45,438 nucleotides of DNA from a virus (taxonomy: Duplodnaviria; Caudoviricetes): the IMG/VR virus record IMGVR_UViG_3300048598_000488, positions 1-45,438 of that record; one strand, given 5' to 3'. Below the pieces are notes generated by a model, which made no database searches, was not told the DNA's origin, and saw nothing but the letters and a program-made list of their open reading frames with translations. The translations under genes were made by a program, and so were the position numbers. Of the stretch, positions 43,633-45,438 are shown piece after piece. Position 1 is the stretch's first letter, and each line of letters begins with the position of its first letter.

Positions 43633-45438
43633 ATGACTGAATTATTCTATAGCGATTTTACAGGAGGATTCAATGATACAACGCCTTCGTCAAACCTCAA
43701 AGACAATGAATTAGTTGTCTGTGAAAATGCATTTCCTCATCCAAGAGGTGGTATAGAAAAAAGAAAGGGCTGCACAAAATACGTTCCTTATGAAATTCGC
43801 AGCGATTATGACGACAGATTAATTGAATTTCTGCATAGTGATGGTTCTAGCTATTTATTGTGTATAGAAGATGGGATTTTAAAAATTGTAGAAGAATTGA
43901 GTGCGTTCTATTTACCCTATAGTGGAATAGATTTTATGCACAAAGTTCTTGCAATAGTTCAGTATATGGACAGACTATACTTTACCTTTGAGCATGTATA
44001 CTATGTCGGGGATTCAATGACTCCAGTTTACACTTATCATTACGCTGTTTATGGACATTGGCATTATGCAACAAATGAAGGCACGAAAACGCTTTACGAG
44101 AAGGATATAGTAAAAAATATCGGCAATAATACAGGGGCTATAGGACACTATTATTTGTATGATAAAACTGTTTCAGCAAGCATTAACCTTGGAACCACAA
44201 ATTTTGCTGATACCAGTACATGGATGGATGTAACCCATAAATCAATTCCGGCTTATCCTAGCTATGTTGCTTCGTATAGTGATTCTACAAATAATTTAGA
44301 GCCAATTAAGAAGTGCAGGTTTATGGTTCTTCATCAACCAAGCAAAAGATTCTTTGCTGCAGGGAATCCTGACGATCCAGGAGCGTTGTATTTCTCTGAA
44401 ATAGACAAGCCTAATTATTTTAAAGCCACTAGCAAAGTATACCCTACAAATGCAGCAGGTCCAATTACAGGGCTTATATGTGCTGATGAATCTATATTTG
44501 TATCATACAAAAGATGTTGGTACGCTTATACAGGCATATTCCCAGGCATAGATGCTGTATGGAAACCTTTAAATATTCCGGTTGGTGCAGTTAATGATAG
44601 AGCTATTTGCCTTACTCCCAGATCAATAACTTTTGTATCAGAAAAAGATATTTGGATAATGAATCCACTATCTTTAAGGAATGATTATGTGAAAGTTCCA
44701 ACAGATGATGAGTTTCTTAATTTAAGCGACACTAGAATTAGAAACACAATGGAAACAATAAAAAAGCCTGAGTTAATCAGGATCATATATCATGATAATA
44801 AAGTGTTTATTGCCTATAACGATAGCGACACTGGTGTGTCGTGTAATAAGGTTCTTGTCCTTGATTGGGACACAAAAAGCTTTGTGAAAATTACTGGATG
44901 GGATGTATCAAGTCTGTGTTCAAGATACAACGGCGATCTGCTGTTTTATAGTAGATATTACAGTTCCATTCAACATAGATATGTATTTTCAATATTGAAG
45001 GGGTTTTCTAGTTACTCAGACTATGACTTGGCTGCCGATGTTGAAATACCGATAGATTTTAAAATTGTTACAAAGCTATACGCTTTGGATACTTACCGTA
45101 ATAAAATACTCTCTCTGCTTTACATAGATGCAAAAAGATACATAGAAAACACAGTAAATTCATGCTTTGACATTAACCTTGAATCTGAAAGCTTTGACGA
45201 ATATTTGGTCGCAAGCATACTGGACAAATACTATACAAATAACCACAACTTAGAGTACCAAAACTATGTTGCGAAAGTAGATCATAGCGGATTCAAGTTC
45301 CAGATAAATATTAACGACAATAATGCAAGTAATACTATAAACCCAATATTTATATACACCATTGGATTCATATTCAATGTTTTAAATAATATTGCAGACG
45401 CAGCCAACTTAGACCAAACCCCATTGATTAGTGATTAG
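43633..45438 (+). CDS. Tail nozzle / DNA stabilisation protein (P22 gp10 or T7 gp12-like)
   Basis: DFTGGFN..N..GGIEKRKG N-term, beta-propeller-like RFFAAG..LYFSE; follows adaptor. Confidence 0.65.
   Translation: MTELFYSDFTGGFNDTTPSSNLKDNELVVCENAFPHPRGGIEKRKGCTKYVPYEIRSDYDDRLIEFLHSDGSSYLLCIEDGILKIVEELSAFYLPYSGIDFMHKVLAIVQYMDRLYFTFEHVYYVGDSMTPVYTYHYAVYGHWHYATNEGTKTLYEKDIVKNIGNNTGAIGHYYLYDKTVSASINLGTTNFADTSTWMDVTHKSIPAYPSYVASYSDSTNNLEPIKKCRFMVLHQPSKRFFAAGNPDDPGALYFSEIDKPNYFKATSKVYPTNAAGPITGLICADESIFVSYKRCWYAYTGIFPGIDAVWKPLNIPVGAVNDRAICLTPRSITFVSEKDIWIMNPLSLRNDYVKVPTDDEFLNLSDTRIRNTMETIKKPELIRIIYHDNKVFIAYNDSDTGVSCNKVLVLDWDTKSFVKITGWDVSSLCSRYNGDLLFYSRYYSSIQHRYVFSILKGFSSYSDYDLAADVEIPIDFKIVTKLYALDTYRNKILSLLYIDAKRYIENTVNSCFDINLESESFDEYLVASILDKYYTNNHNLEYQNYVAKVDHSGFKFQININDNNASNTINPIFIYTIGFIFNVLNNIADAANLDQTPLISD

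Larger units (their letters stand above)
1..45438. mobile_element. Temperate phage/prophage (immunity, replication, packaging and head modules; probable podovirus-type virion), extending beyond both window edges
   Basis: Divergent XRE repressor/Cro pair, RecT, initiator, TerS/TerL, portal, scaffold, capsid, adaptor and nozzle-like genes in phage order; no host housekeeping genes. Confidence 0.95.

Noticed and set aside
1-45438. CRISPR array, rRNA, IS element, retron or DGR reverse transcriptase, integrase, lysis genes
   Set aside because: No regularly spaced repeat-spacer array and no ORF with the relevant motifs was seen

Overview
The whole window is the left and middle part of a temperate phage (prophage) of a low-GC Firmicute. 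The host is most likely a Clostridium-group organism, inferred from AT content, SD sequences and protein families. In order, it holds: an agr-like fragment (interrupted membrane ORF plus an AgrD-type peptide missed by the ORF track); a CI/Cro switch with operators; recombination genes (SMC-like ATPase, RecT, MBL nuclease); a replication initiator; a DNA-modification-rich block (C5 MTase, PAPS-reductase family, Dam, two radical-SAM-type proteins, ASCH-like protein); a leftward regulatory operon (Xis-like HTH, antisense sRNA, twister-like ribozyme, BRO-N antirepressor, degenerate serine recombinase domain); TerS and accessory genes (tRNA-like RNA, DEDDh nuclease, Acb2/Tad1-like protein, Com-like protein, tRNA-Gln); a GH5 plus acyltransferase cassette; and TerL, portal, scaffold, capsid, adaptor and nozzle-like genes suggesting a podovirus-type virion. 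No integrase or lysis genes are visible. The most notable signals are non-coding: a type-P5 twister-like ribozyme before the antirepressor, two GAGnnCC-repeat attenuators linked to a Com-like protein, a second copy of the replication iterons together with a BRO/initiator fusion, and the phage-borne autoinducer peptide beside the repressor. All family calls come from reading motifs by eye; no searches were run.
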